From NCBI GenBank assembly GCA_965113315.1, contig OZ220367.1: 64,000 bases of DNA. One strand, written 5' to 3'. Below the pieces are notes generated by a model that was given only the letters and a program-made list of their open reading frames with translations, had not been told where the DNA came from and ran no database searches. Below are positions 28,401 to 43,400 of the stretch, in pieces (position 1 is the stretch's first letter; every line of letters starts with the position of its first letter). The position numbers were made by a program, and so were the translations under genes. This DNA comes from Podarcis vaucheri. Taxonomy: Eukaryota.

Positions 28401-31400
28401 TTGCTGTGAAACAAACAAAAAAGCAAAATAAATCAGATTTAAACTGAACCCAGTATTTTGCCTTTACAAGGCTACTTTTCTTCTCAAATCCACCACCCAC
28501 AGTTCATTACACATATGCCCATTTCATGCTTAGGCCATAACATAAAATTAATATTGCTCAACTGCATTTTCTAGCAGAACAATTAGTGAAGTTTCAGGAA
28601 GGGACCGATTACACCTACACCCACACCTTTTCCAGCCAACATACATTTGTCTTGCTGTACAAGTAATTCTGATGTGCTATGACGCTACTCAACTTATCAC
28701 AGTAGTTTTCTGGTCTTGCTTAAAAACACAACATAAAACTTATTTTAAAAGAAGTCACAATGCAATAAACCCACCCTGAGATGTTCTTCCTGGAAAGGAT
28801 GTTCAGGGAATTCTGGTAATGGAACGTTTTTGTTCTCTACTTCAGAGAATAGCTTCACTACCAAACCTGTTAGCTCATCTAAAGATTCTGTATGCATATA
28901 TTTGGGAGGAAAAGAAAGTTACACATGGTCAAAAGTTTCACAGATGTTATCCTTGATTGCTCCTTTTAGAGAAAGCCTTGATAAGCACAGTCTTAAGAAA
29001 AGTCAGTATCTAAAATCTGTATGCATTTTACACATTCTTCAATATAAAAATTCTGTGCCCAGAATAAAATCTGTCTATGTACTGTTGATGCAGCACAATG
29101 TATTCTGTGTACAGTAAGTATCTTCCTAAGGAATTAAAACTATGGAGTCTAGACTGGGAGGCAGAAAGCAGTGAGACTAAGAAAGATACGGAGATTGGAG
29201 CATGCTAGGAAATGCATGTCACTGAAGCCTGCCCTCCATGTTCTGAGTTCTGGAACATCACTGCATGTTTATATTTTAAGATTCATCTATAAGAAAATAC
29301 TAGGGCTAGAAACATATACATTATATAAAAACAGACATTTTCAGAATGACAAATTCTGCAGCAGACACACAATCTTTTTCTTCTACTACAAATCTGCAGA
29401 GTACATACATCCCTTCCTATAATTTTTTTTAAGTCATCCTACAAATTAATAAGTGTAGATATTAGAAATGCTACAGATTTAAGGTAGACCTGTGGTTTAG
29501 GATTTGGAGAGTGGTTGCATTCTTTACACACCCACACAGAGTTAAGTTCCAGTGCTAATCCATTGTAAATTGATTATATATTAAAAGTAGCTCCCAAAAA
29601 GTTTGGCATTCTTACCTCGTCCTAGAACACAAACAGCCATTAAATTTGATGAATAATAAGTGGAGTGAAACTTCAATAACTCTTGTCTTACATCTATTCC
29701 TTCTTGGTTTGGTCTAGTTTCCAAAGTGAATTTGCTTCCTACAGTACATAAATAAAAAGAAGGATGTGTTACAATAAGAGCCATGACTGGGTTAAATGTG
29801 CTCAGTTCTGTAAAAACTGTTAATCCCTGCAATCACAAGAGGCGATACTGCACATATCCCTCAAACAGATTACAGCATCTCAATTGTTTTATATTACTAC
29901 TACATTTATACTCTTCATTTCCTCCAATGAGCTCAGGTGGCATACATGGTTCTCCGCACCCCCTCACTTTATTCTCATAACAACAAATGATGGGCATTGT
30001 GCATGCAGATCCTATTTATATTTCTATCACATGATGGTACTTCTATCGAGTGCAAGATGTTTATCGGATTTCCTGCTTTCATGATTTCAGCAAGACCATT
30101 TGTGGCTCAGCTTGAATAGCTTGGAGTTAGGAGAATTGAAATCTGGAATTGTGTTCTCAAGGGATTGCTTCTACAAATCCTTTTTCTAAACTTTTATTTG
30201 CGCAATTTTAACAGCTTTTATACACACATCGTACAGTATCCATCACTTATCTCTTTTCCTAAGACTTCCCAATCCATCTCTCTGTAACATTGTAGGGAAA
30301 TCTTGATCTACTGCATATCCTGATATTTCACCAATATCATTTCAAGTCTTCCTGTTTTGATGTTATCTGCTGCTCATATGTCAACTCCTACTTGTGGATT
30401 AAATTGTATATTTTACCCTCTAAAATAATCTCCAAAACACCTCCACTCTTATCTTTATCTCATCCTTATTCCTTAGAATACATAGCATTAGTAACCATGA
30501 CTGTGAAACTATCAATCTGTTTTGCCAAATTTCCATCGTGGGTATCTCCTCTTCTTTCCGTTTTTTCGCATATACTGTTCTAGCTGCAGCGGTTGTGTAC
30601 AGAAAAATACTGAGTGCCTTTTTTGGAATTGGAATATCATCACCTATTATCCCTAATAGAAAGGCCCCTGGCCTTTTGAGAAACGTGAGTTTTAAAATCT
30701 TATTTAATTCTGTGTGGATCATTTCCCAATACTCTCCAGCATATTTACATGACCACCACATATGGATCAGGGTTCCCTCCATCTCGTGGCACCTCCAGAA
30801 TAAATTAGACCCTTTTTTATACATTTTCACTAATTTGCTGGGTTTTGCTTAATAAGATAACAGGCAAATCCTATTCTGATATTCATAATATAAAGGTTGT
30901 GTAGAGCAGAAATACAGGTATGTTAATCATACAATTAGTGTTGTGCCTAACAACAAATGCAGTGTATATCCTCATAGTTCATGGACATGTTCAGGCCAGC
31001 GTCAGATATAGTGTTATTGAGTCAACAAAGCATGGTTTGTTGGAGTAGAAATGAGCAGTTAGCTCAAGCGCTTCCTCCTCCCACCCTTGGCCTTAGATAA
31101 GACTTTCGGGATAATTAAAACAGTTTCCCCACGATACCTGACTTAGGAAACTGTGGTTTAAGTCAGGGTGGATGTCACTCACTTGACATCATGTGGCAAC
31201 TTCAAATGGGCTGCCTGCCAGTGCCTATCTCCCAGTTCTTATTAATCAATAATAATTTTCTAAATTACTTCACTTTTTTTGGCAGTGAAAAAGGAAAATC
31301 AAGACTAGAGTTTCTAATTTCCAGTAAGCTGACTCTAACATTGCTGCTATGCAAAATAAAGCTAAAACACAGCATTCTGGGTTGATGAAATGTAGTTATG

Positions 31401-34400
31401 AAAACAAGCTTAATGCAAGAAATCACAAAATAAGTGAGGTGAAGATAATGTTCTAAAAATAATGAGAACAGGGATTTAAAAAATGATCAGCTCAATTCAC
31501 AAATAGTAGTAATGAATACAGACAAGCACGAATAAGAAAAACCATTCAAGATACATAAACAAATGGTCTTATTCAATTTATGATGAATGCACAGTAGTTC
31601 AGGTCTCCGTACACTTTCATTGTGAATTGCCACCCTTACAGAATAATTCAACATTGCACTTTCCTGATTGCTTTGCCAGACAGAATGATCCCCCCTTTCT
31701 TCCCCTCCCCATGCCCTGTTATCCTGACCCTCCAGAGCAGATTTGGGGGTTGTGGAGGGGGAGGAAAGCCCTGTTGTACTAATTGGAGTCCTTGCACTGG
31801 CTTCCGCTAGCACACAAGGTTAGTGGAATCTGACTCAACATCTGCACTTCACATGGCAGAGTATCTGGTGCTGCTATAACTCTTTAAGCTTCTGTTTTCT
31901 TTTTTTTATTTTAAAGACTACAACTACATTTGAAAATAAGAGTTTTTGAAATCATGTTTAAGACAAAAAGTGACCATTATCAGAAAGGGATCTTGCTGCC
32001 ACCATTTTAAACCTAACATGTTCACCAAAGGTAATACCGCTGTAATAAACGGACGGAATAAAACCTTAGGAGTGAGAGCTTGCATGCTGCTCTCACTTAA
32101 CCAGACTTAAACCCTCTGCTATCACAGATTCAAAGAACATTTCAATCAAAAGGGTGGATGATCTATGCTGAAAAAGAGATAAGGGAAGTGAAACACACTG
32201 ATTCATCTGAACTTTACTGTGGCATCAACCACAATATCTTTCTGGAAAATTTCTCAGGAATTGCTTTGTTTTCTGGTTTAAGAAGCAGTGCTGAGAGAGG
32301 TTTCTTCCACCAGTACAGCTATATAATACTTTTTCCACACTTATAAAGAAATATTTCTTCTAGTGTGGCAGCACTCACACTTTGAAACTCTCTACCTAAG
32401 TACTCTTTTATGATCTGCTTAAAACATTTTTGTTTACGCAAGCCCATCCATGTAGATGTTGACATGCTTTAATCTCTCTTCAGTCTACTGTTAATTTTAA
32501 TTATCTTTTAAATGTTTTTAATTACAGTATTTATTCTTAAACTGATTTTTATTGGTAATTTTAATACTTCTTGTAAGCCACTTATAGGCTTTGTAATTAT
32601 CATCTGGTATATAAATTCTGTTAAATAAATGTGACACATTCTCAGTTGCTTTTAAAGATGAATCAAATGCAGTAAACCACCATGTGTAAAGGGTACATCA
32701 TCAAATAATTTCCATACAACATGTTTTTATTTTAACACATTCTTTAAAAAAAAAAGATTTTCCATCATACAATTTAAGAGAAAAAGAGAAAAAAAATACA
32801 TAACAGAAAAGAAACATTAAATCATTATACATTAAATCATTATACAATATCCAAAAAAGAAGAAGAAAAAGAACATAAACAAAATAAAATGAACCCACCA
32901 CCCTGTTTAACTTCCCTCCACCACTACTCGTCTTCTCTAGAATCAATTTTACCCTTATCATTGCATTCTGGTTGTTTTTATTTTTTCTATATACATACAT
33001 ATGTCACTGATAATTTATTGTTTTGATGCATTTACATTCTTAGTCTAAGCATATTAGCATGTCTTTTTTGGAGCAGTATTTTGCCATATAGTCATCAAAG
33101 CATTGCCATTCATTTTTCAGTTTTTGATTTGACTGCTGTCGTATGGATGCTGTTAGTTTAGCCAATTTTAAATATTCATTTAATTTGAGAATCCATTCCT
33201 CCTTGGTAGGGAATTCTTTAGCTTTCCATTTAGGTGCTATTACTATTCTAGCTGCGGTGGTTGCATATAAGAAAATTCTTTTTTTCGATTTCAGTATTTC
33301 TTTCCCTAATAGGTAAGCCTCTGGTTTTTTCATTAGTGGGATTTTAAGCATTTTTTTCAAGTCCTCATGTATTTCTCCCCAGAAGTACTTAATTGGGCGG
33401 CAGCTCTGACTTTAATCTTCTCATATGCAAGGTAGGCATGCTATCCATACCTGTTGTTAAAGCCCTCCAGGTCTAATAAATCTGCTTTTTCCAAAGTGAT
33501 CCATTCTTCCAGCTATACAAGGCATTCTGCTTCATAAAATATTTTTTCCAATATAAAATAATGCCTTGGAGCCTCCCAGCACAGCACAGTTTAAAGGGAC
33601 TCCCCAATCGAAAGCAGATCATGTGCAAATGTAATGGAAGATTAAATACCTGTTCCAAATTTACTGAAGGGGTGATTGGGATTTCCAGTAGCCTTTTCCA
33701 GCTGAAATAGTCTCCAAGCATCATTCATTAAATTCTTCTCATGCTCAGAATCAACAGCATTCACTTCTCTGTCTTTGCAGCTTTCATCAAACAGAGGGCA
33801 CAAGAAAAACTGAGCAAACCTGCAAGAAAAAAAGTCAGATTTCCCCAAATCAATGTTTCGACAATTACATTGTTGATAGTTTAACATATGAAATTCATGT
33901 TCAGTGTGGAGAAGCACACAATTTATTATCAGTTCAGGATAGGATTTGCCCACCAGGTCTGAGCCTTTTGTCTTCAATGCTCTGGACAGATGCCCATAAT
34001 TTAATTAAAATTTTTGTTCACCTGGAGCCACCCTGTTGCTAAGTAGTCTCATCACCAAGTGGGTGTTCTAATCTAGTGCAATTTACTATAATGACCTTTT
34101 TAGCAGACAGGACACACTCTATGAGCAAGATACCATCAGCTGCCTTGTTTGCTACTTCAGATCTGCTTCTTCTTGCTGTTGTCTTATGAACTAGCCACTC
34201 AAAGTTTCCTTAGCAGAGGCCTGCTGTGTGTCTGTGAAAAAAGAGCTATTGGGACCTGCTCTACACAGACGTACTGAGGACCCTTCCAAAATCACCAAAG
34301 CTAATGTTACTAAGCCTCTCCTTGGCCCTCAACATGAACCAAAGAACTTTTTTTTAAAAAAAAGTAAAAGGACACAGACCATGAAATGAGTGAGGGCTGT

Positions 34401-37400
34401 GCAACCTGTTAATTACTTTGTCTTTGGGAAAAAAATCATGCTAAATTACCTGGGAGTAAGCCCCACCAAATTCAACTTACTTCTGAGTAGACATACCAGA
34501 GATTGCACTGTTATTTTGCTAACTCTGAAGTAAAATCAAATATACAGTATGCAAAAGTAGCTTGAATATCCCTTTTTTCACCAAATATAAAATTCCACAG
34601 AGAGAAGAGCCTTTGAGAGTCAGCTGATAAATATGCAACATATGCTGAGAGTGTAAGCAGAATATATTTATAGAACAAACATATGTGAGGTTCCTATGCA
34701 ACACTTTCATGGTTATGTAAAGTAACAGCAAAATGATAAACCATATGAAGTTTTTAAGACACTCGCCATACTGTTGATGAGTCTCTCCTCACTTAGAACC
34801 TATTTTGATATACTACCGCAAGGGCTCATTCCATATGTTTTCTTTTATCACTGTTATTCCCAAGATATTAAAAGTATTTCAGTAATTTAGTCTTTACAAT
34901 TGTATTAAAGTCATTATTATAAAAACGCAGAAGTAATAAATACACTAAATAATGTTATCATCTGGTAGGACTCTCATGTTAATTGTGCTTGCTGGAAAGA
35001 CAAAACCAAACCAATATATTTAATCATTAATAGATATGCTCACCTGTCCAGGGCACCTTCCAAGTGTTCATGTGATACATCAAAATAAAAGTTGGTGTGT
35101 TCTCCACTGGTAAAAGCATTTGAACTTCCTGCATGTTCACTGAGAAATTGGCTGTACTCATTTTCTTTTGGGTATTTCTCAGTTCCCAAAAAAAGCATAT
35201 GTTCACAAAAATGGCTTAACCCAGCAATGTTAGGGGGATCAGATAATGACCCTATGAATAGGAGAAATGGGCAGAAATAGAGTATTACTTTAAAAGCTGT
35301 TACACATATTCAGTATAAAGCAATCAAATCATCCAGAACAATCAACATTTTAACACTTTTCTCTGGGTCAGAGAAATCATCTTACTGATTATGACTGCAA
35401 ATATTTAAGAAATTATATAGCTCCATTTCCCTTTGCAGAAAAGCTAGGCGGGAATGCACCTGCTAGTATACAGCTGCTTCATACTAACTTTAGAGAAGCT
35501 ATAGGAAAGGTGTTAGCTGGAAATCAGAGGCAAGTGGTTTATGTGAGCATCCCAAGCACTTCAAACTACAAAGAAAAGATATTTGATAAAGCAGGACATA
35601 CATATGTAACCATTTTGGTTTTTGGTTTTTAATCAGAACATCTAGTAACAACCATGTTCTAATTTCATGTTTGCTTAACATGCAAATACATCATTTTTAG
35701 GCCTACTATCTGACTTCTCAAACATATTACACAAGGAATAATTTTCATATGACATGCCATATGCCATTAATTTATACCAGGAAATTAAACTATTTTAATT
35801 CCCCGGCAGACATACTGGGAGCTTAAGCGCAGAAGGATGTGGAGCATATAAATTGAGTTCTTCTATCATTCATCCTTGAAAAACTTAGACCTGCTTTAGA
35901 ACAAGTAATTTATACAGCCAGTTTTATAACAAACCTAACTTCTGAGGCTAATCTGGCTAAGGCTACAATCCTACTTCCATTTACCTGGGAGAAAGCTACA
36001 CTGAATTCAACAGGACTTCTGAGTAGAAATGGATAGCCAGCGCTGTAAGATTGCAAACCTATACACATCTTCCTGGGAGTTCCTGGGGTTTTGTGCACTT
36101 CCATATAATGTCAACTTCCAAGTAAGCAAAACTAGGATTGCAGCCTCAGTATAGTATGTAGAAGGTTGTAAACCATTTTTTTTGAAAGTTATCACATTTG
36201 AATTAGATTACAGTGCAAAACCAAGTTACAGTATATTATAGATGATCATATACCTATGTGTACATCAAGTGCAGCTGAAGACTTGTCTGTAGTGGGGTCA
36301 CTGATAAGCATTGCCTTGATGCCATTTGCCAGTTCTAGCCCACGATACTCTCGTTTATCTTCAGGTGATTTGATAATATCATTTGCTATTCTTTTAATAG
36401 CAAGATGACTCATTTTGTTGTGTGTTGCTTGATGAAGCCTAAAAAAAAAAGCAGTAAAAGTTAAAGCCATATCTCAGTTCAAATAGCCTAAGAAAGAAAA
36501 GGGGGAGACGCATTTGCAACTCAAGAACACTCAACTCTAGAAGGTCCAGATCAAAAACTTATTGTCCACAGTCCAACACTGTAAGGCGTACTTAAGTTCA
36601 CTGAAATCAATAGACTAAAGCTATATTACTTCCTTCAAATGTAGAACAGCTCTGAGTGCTTTCAATAACAAGTTGGCCTAATAATGGTCACAGTGAATCC
36701 AGTTTATTAATATCTATTTTATAATATTAAAAACCTGTACTTTATTTCCTTTTTATCTATAACAGTATAGTTGCTGTCAGCCTTCACTAATTGATAATAT
36801 TGGCTATATATTGAAAAAAGTGCAATGTAAAATCAACATATGCTTGTCTAAATAAAAGCATTATTTCAGTTATGATGCAGTAAAGCCTAGTTTATAACAT
36901 CATTTTCATCTGCCAAGAGTAGATTACTATAGCTCTTTAAATCCATGATGAATTGCTTTACAATGAATATAGAATGCTAGAGAGCCAAAATGAACTGACC
37001 AAGCAGGTTTAAAATGTCACAACCACACTCCCAATGACAAGCCAAAAACAGTTTACTTCAATGTCTGTGATTCTGTGAATTATTTCAAGCCCACATGAAA
37101 GGTGAAGTCATTCATGCTGGGCTATTTACCTGACTACACCCTTATTCGGAACTGAATAAATATAATTGCATTTCCTGTATTTGTTCATGCTACATACACC
37201 CTATTCCTGACCTGTCATTGATTTAGCTAAAAGAAAAGAAGAAGCATAGAAAAATAAGTAAACCATCCCTGCACATATTCCAGGTACCAGGCATCATTGC
37301 AAGAGCTTCTTGTTCTTTCATGCCTTTGCATACAGTCTCTTGCTTCTTGGCTTTCATGTAAAGCATATAAATACATATTTAAAATATATGCCTGAAAGGA

Positions 37401-40400
37401 ACAGCATGCCTTCTTCAACCTGCCAAATAAAAATGCTTTTGTGCTGCCATTCTATCCACACTTACCCAAGAGCAAGCCAAACTGAAAACTATGAGACTTA
37501 TTTCTGAGTAGAAAGACACAAGATCAGCCTGTTAACAAGGTCCCTTTTCAGTTCCTAGATCATTCTCGCCTCTTTCACCCAAGTATCTTGTACTCTGCAA
37601 ACTAAAGTGCTGAATGATTTGTTCCCAGTGTCTCCTGGCAATTACACCACCAAGCTGAAACACTGAAGACAAATACAAAGTGTATTAGCTATTTGGAGCA
37701 GAACAGCATCACATTACGATTGTTCTAAATAATTCATTTGATAAAACTACAAAGCTATTCCATCATTACTGTTACTGCCACAAAAGTAAAGAAACTTCAA
37801 AAGGAAAAATAACAGCATAGAATTTTGGGAACAGTGCTATTTACTTTTTTTAAAAAAGGTAACAGAAGAATGTGAAAAATTAAGGCTTAGAGGAAGGCGA
37901 AATAAGTACAATGGTACCTCGCAAGACGAATGCCTTGCAAGACAAAAAACTCGCTAGACGAAAGGTTTTTCCGTTTTCGATTTGCCTCGCAAGACGAATT
38001 TCCCTATGGGTTTGCTTCGCAAGATGAAAACGTCTCGCGACTTTGTTTCCTTTGTCTAAAAACAAAGACATGTTTTGTTTATAAAGTTAATTTATTTTCC
38101 CTTCAATTTTTGAACTGCTCTTTACAGTATGTGTGACTTTAAAGAGCAGTTAATAAACTGTTGTTGTACCAAATTTGGCTTTGTTTGGACTTTTTTTGAC
38201 CATAGGAACGCATTAATTGATTTTCAATGCATTCCTATGGGATTTCGTGATTCGCAAGACGAAAAATTCGCTAGATGACAAAACTTGCGGAACGAATTAA
38301 TTTCGTCTTGCGGGGCACCACTGTACTAGAGAATAGTGTGTTTAAGGACTATTACGTATCTAGGCCAAAATCAGACCACATATGTAAAGACTACGTTCAG
38401 CCATCACAATCACACACCCCAAATAGTTAGCAAGGTCTACAAAAAGCATTTTGGGTTCCACACAGTCAATTCTCGTGCAACTGTGCAGAGGACATCCATC
38501 CACATGGAACAGTGGATATTTTTAAACATTTTAATAGAGAAACGTAAATAAAAATAAATAAACTTACTTGCATAAATATTTTTATGTTCTCCAGTCAATC
38601 TCATACTGACCATGGGTTAAACCACATAGTAAAATTCCATTGTCTACTGACACTATCAAAGTCCATAGCCCTCACTTATATACTAAACATTTTACACTGA
38701 TGTTTTATGCAAACCAGTTTGATCTCAGCTACAGCACACTGCATTTCTAAAATCAAGGTGTTCATCTTGTTCTGATGAACATCCCTCATTGAGAACTGTG
38801 CTAACCTATGAAACAGCAGATGTCAACAAGACAAGCAAAAGAAAAAATAGTCAAGATACCATGCCAAAGAGCAGAGGTTGCAGACAGGCACAATTAAGAA
38901 TCAAACTGAGGGGTCAGGCAGCTGTGGAAGTGAAAGCCTGTAGCAGCAACAACTGCTCCAGTAACAGAAGATTAGGATAATTTAATAAGAAATAATAGTT
39001 AAAAAGTAGGGGTGTAGTGGGGTTTAAAAGAACAGAAGGAAATAGAGCCAAACACAAATGTCATATTTGAGAGTTGCATAGGTATTCAGTGCAGACAGCA
39101 GTTGGACTCTGTGGAGCTTATGTTGGGATTCAGCTTCAGGTTGGAAGTTCAACAGTGCGCCAGCTGCCCAGCTGATTTCCTAGCTTAGATTGTGGACATG
39201 ATCTGAGATCTAGTATTGGAGTGACCAGTGGAGCATAAAAGGAACTGACTTTTGTTCCACAAGCCTCACTCTGCCACTAATGCTATTTAACGTCTACATG
39301 AAACCGTTGGTAGATACCATCCAGGACTTTGAAGTGAGACCTGTGGGCCTTTCCCAATTTATACTGGAGCTAAGAAGTTGTATATAAAGTACTGCTTTGG
39401 CTGATTGGACTCTGAATTCTGACATTATGGAACAGTTAACAACATTTACCTTTCGATCCACAGTTAAGGATGAGTCCTAAATTAGAGTAATAAAGCTTGT
39501 AATGAACAGTATGTTGCAAAATATAGCACAAAGTAGAGCAGAAGAATTCAAATGGCTACAATGTCAGAAATTCCCGCAACTGACAAATTCAGGTATGACA
39601 CCCACAGAAGCCAATGTTTCCATTAATTAAAATCCACCAGCTGCACAATTCCTGCCAAATGGCAATCACGTTAATGTAACTTCTCACCTCTTCTATAACG
39701 AAGACAGCATTCAGAGCTTTGGAGGAATTCATTAAAACTCACTAATATCACATACAAATAAAAAATAACCAAGTCCATTCCCTAACATAGCTTTTAGCCT
39801 AGTCCTCCTTATACACATTCCTTGTTGACCTTAAAAAACTCTTAAAGACAGGGAGTGAAGATGAGGGGGCTGATATTGTGACATATTTCCTAAAGTAATA
39901 GTGACATTTAAAGACACATCAGCCAATAACAAGCTTTTTTTTTGACATATTATTCTCAGTAATGAAAAAGAGGCATTTTCATCAGTGTACACATCTATTT
40001 AAATACATTACTGTTCAGTAGTTTTAAGTCACACTTTTTATATTGTTCAGTGTGATACAACACAAAAGTTCATTGTACTTGGAAAAGATCTAGCAGTGTC
40101 ACACCCATATTTCCAGAGTCAGACTTCAACCATATCTGCATCATCACTCATGTCCCAAGCAAGTGGTGTGGTAAAGTACCATCACTCACCTGACCTCTGG
40201 TCAGTTGTTGCTCTAACCAGGAGGTGAAGCCATGTTGGTACAGTGCTCTCACTGGTGTGTTTGTACCATGCTGCCCTTGCTCCTGCCTTTCCCCTCCCAG
40301 CTAAGCAGCAGAAACATGAGGGCAGGTAAGTGGCGACACCACACCACCTGCTACTTACCCCAAGTAATTTAAAAATCTCTGTAACTACCAAGTTCACTGT

Positions 40401-43400
40401 TTGGAAGTCACTGGCTATATCTAGTAATCAAGGAAGTAAGATAGATCATAGAATTGTAAGCTTGGAAGGGACCTCAAGGATCATCTAGTCCAACTACCCT
40501 GCTATGCAGAAATCACTAGTGACTCATGTTAAGTTTGTGGTCTACTAAGACCCCTAAAGCCTTTCCACATGTACTACTGGCAAGCCAGGTGTCCCCCATC
40601 GTATATTTGTGCAGCTGGTTATTATTGTGTGTGTGCAGAACCTTAGATTTGTCACTATTAGTTTGGCCCATTTCTCCAATCTGTTGAAGTCACCTTGAAT
40701 CCCAATTCTGTCTTCTGCAGCATCACCTACCCCTCCCAGTTGGGTGTCATCTGCAAATTTGATGAGCATCCCCTCAATTCCTTCATCGAAGTCATTAAAC
40801 AGACGTTAAACAACAGGCCAGACTTGTCACTTTTTTCCAGGATTAAAAATGATTTCACCATAAATGCTTTAAGAATTATGATTTTTTAAAGACTTTTACA
40901 TACAAAGTGTTGACAAACTCAGCTACAAATATCTCTACTCTACCTAATTCATAAATCTAAGTCAAAAGTACCGGTACCTCCAGAAATGTATAAATGGCAT
41001 CTTTTATCATGACGTTTTTAAATTGATAACTTTCTGCTTTATTTTAGAATCCCGAGTTTAGTTCTTGTTCAAATGCTACATAGAAGCAGAGAAAGAAAAT
41101 GAATCCTAGAGTTGATAGATCTCACTGTAGGTAAGAATCTGTTTCCTTCTGCATGTTACAGCAAAAGCATGACTCATCCCTACTTGCGCTTCCTATGAAT
41201 CTAATTTACCACACACCTTGGCTTTCACAGTTCCTACTTTTTTTGTCCTGGCAAGGGCTCTGTGTCTTTATTAGGCCTGTGACAGGCAAATAAAACATGT
41301 AACAAATTTGCCAAGCAATGGTACATAATCTTCAGAAAGCTACATCTGTTGAAATCCTACCTGTTATGCAACTGTTAGAGGCACAAAAAACTCATCATAA
41401 TTATGAAGATACTTTCAACAGAAGCTAAATGCACTTGCTAAGGTGGTACCTAATAATACTTCTGGGAACAAGTATTGAACTAGCATGTGACAGTCTGAGT
41501 AATCTATATTTATAGCAGCTTAAACACTGACCCGGAATAACCCAGATAATGAGATCAATTAATTTCCAGTTCAATTAAAAACAGGACTTTTCCTATGGAG
41601 ATACAGTTTGGATGTATAGTGGCTTATTCTTCCCTCTCTCTCTGCCTCCTGGATATTTTTAAAGAGAAAAGCATTACTTACATGCCATATATTAGTGACA
41701 CTTCTCACAACCTCAACAGGGAAATGGCTTTCATCAAATTAGTTCCTAAGCTTGTGCAAGGCAAACCAGAGCTCTTTAACAATAAGCATTCTTCTAAACA
41801 AGAATATGAACACCCCCAATTCACCACTTGTATATCTTTTTGCTTTATATATCTAGATATATAAAGCATATCTTTATACTTCCTGGGGCTTCTCAATAAT
41901 AACCAGTTCTGAAATAGTTAATACCGTACTATTAAAGAGGAAATGTTGTACGATGGCACACATCACGGATGCAAGTTTGAGTTGCTTTCAACAGAACATT
42001 TTTATGATGAAAGTGGCTTGCAACTAAGATCTAAACAATTGCGTGGGAAGGAGTTACAGAAAGGATACACACAAAAACACATACATACTCCCAAGCTGTT
42101 TATAAAGGTTTTTAGAGTGATTTAGAAAAATGCTTCTGTCATGAGCATTTATTTTCAGTAATGATACACTATGTTTATAATTTCTAGAAATAAAGAGGAC
42201 CCATAGCGGTATACAACACAATAAACTAAAATTAAATTATGAACATAATGGCATTAATTGAAAGAAGAACCCTCACAAGTGGTGTACAAAGTTCTGGCAT
42301 TTCAGGTGCTGTCATTAAAGGGTAGCCACAAAGGAAGTGACTCAAATGGAATAGCAGGAAGGATAAATGCTGTTTTTCATGTACTGAGCAAGGGGTTGGG
42401 CTTAATGGCTTACAAGCCCCCCCCCCCCAATTCAATCATCATATACAAGACTATTTGGGGGCAATAACAGGCATTAACATGATTAGAAGAGGAAACAGAG
42501 AAGTTTCACCGAAGTGAGAATAAGATAGAGGGAAAAATACACAACAGTTCATTTTGAAAAGATGTTTTTTGATACCATGCACAGGGCAGCAACACAGAAG
42601 CAGATACTCACAAAGCCTGAAGTTCTCTGGCAATAACTTAACGGGAAAATATCAGTGAGGTGCACAGGTGTCTGCAAGAGCTGAACTGAAAGGTTAATTT
42701 ACTGCAGCACGTAGGACTTTATTCGCACAATGAAAAGAAAGATTGCTATCTCATATCAAAACAAGTAGGAAGCCCAAAATGATTCAGCTACATCCCTAGC
42801 TGACTATCTTGCACCACTCAAAGGTCACTGCTTTTCTACAGAATTGTGAACTCCATCCAGCAGATATAATAACCAGATATATTCACCTGATACCTCTCTT
42901 TCCTCACAAAATAAAGGGTCAAGAGCTCCTGATCTTACTGATTATTTGTCAATGCCTTCAACCTTTGATATACCTGAAGTATAATTTTCATCCCAGAAAA
43001 CCAGATAAGACTCCCTGCCCTTGCTCTGGTCTGCATAATTATCTCTTCTTTTTAGTCTTTGTAGAACTTATTTACTCATTTTATTATGATTATCCCCTCC
43101 ACCTTAGGAAAATAATGAAACTAGCTTTTTATCTTGCTTCCCCTTTTCCTTCATTTCCCTTGTAGTTTAAGATCACATTTCTTTCGGCCTTCCAACAGTA
43201 TTTGTCTCTAATTGGCTTGTTTCCCACTGTCCCTTCCATTTTCACAAGGGCCCACACAATCTAATGTTTCAGTGACAAAGGATGGAGACAGACTACTAAT
43301 CATGGGAACACTACTTAGAATTGATCCCAATGGTAGTTTAAGTGTGTGATGAGCAGGTTGCTGAGAGGGTTCTACTCACTTACTTCATAGGGTACTTATA

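Noticed and set aside
37909-38323. Repeated 12-mers with spacers, superficially CRISPR-like
   Set aside because: Eukaryotic intron; the repeats are short, irregularly spaced and bounded by TIRs with a TA TSD.
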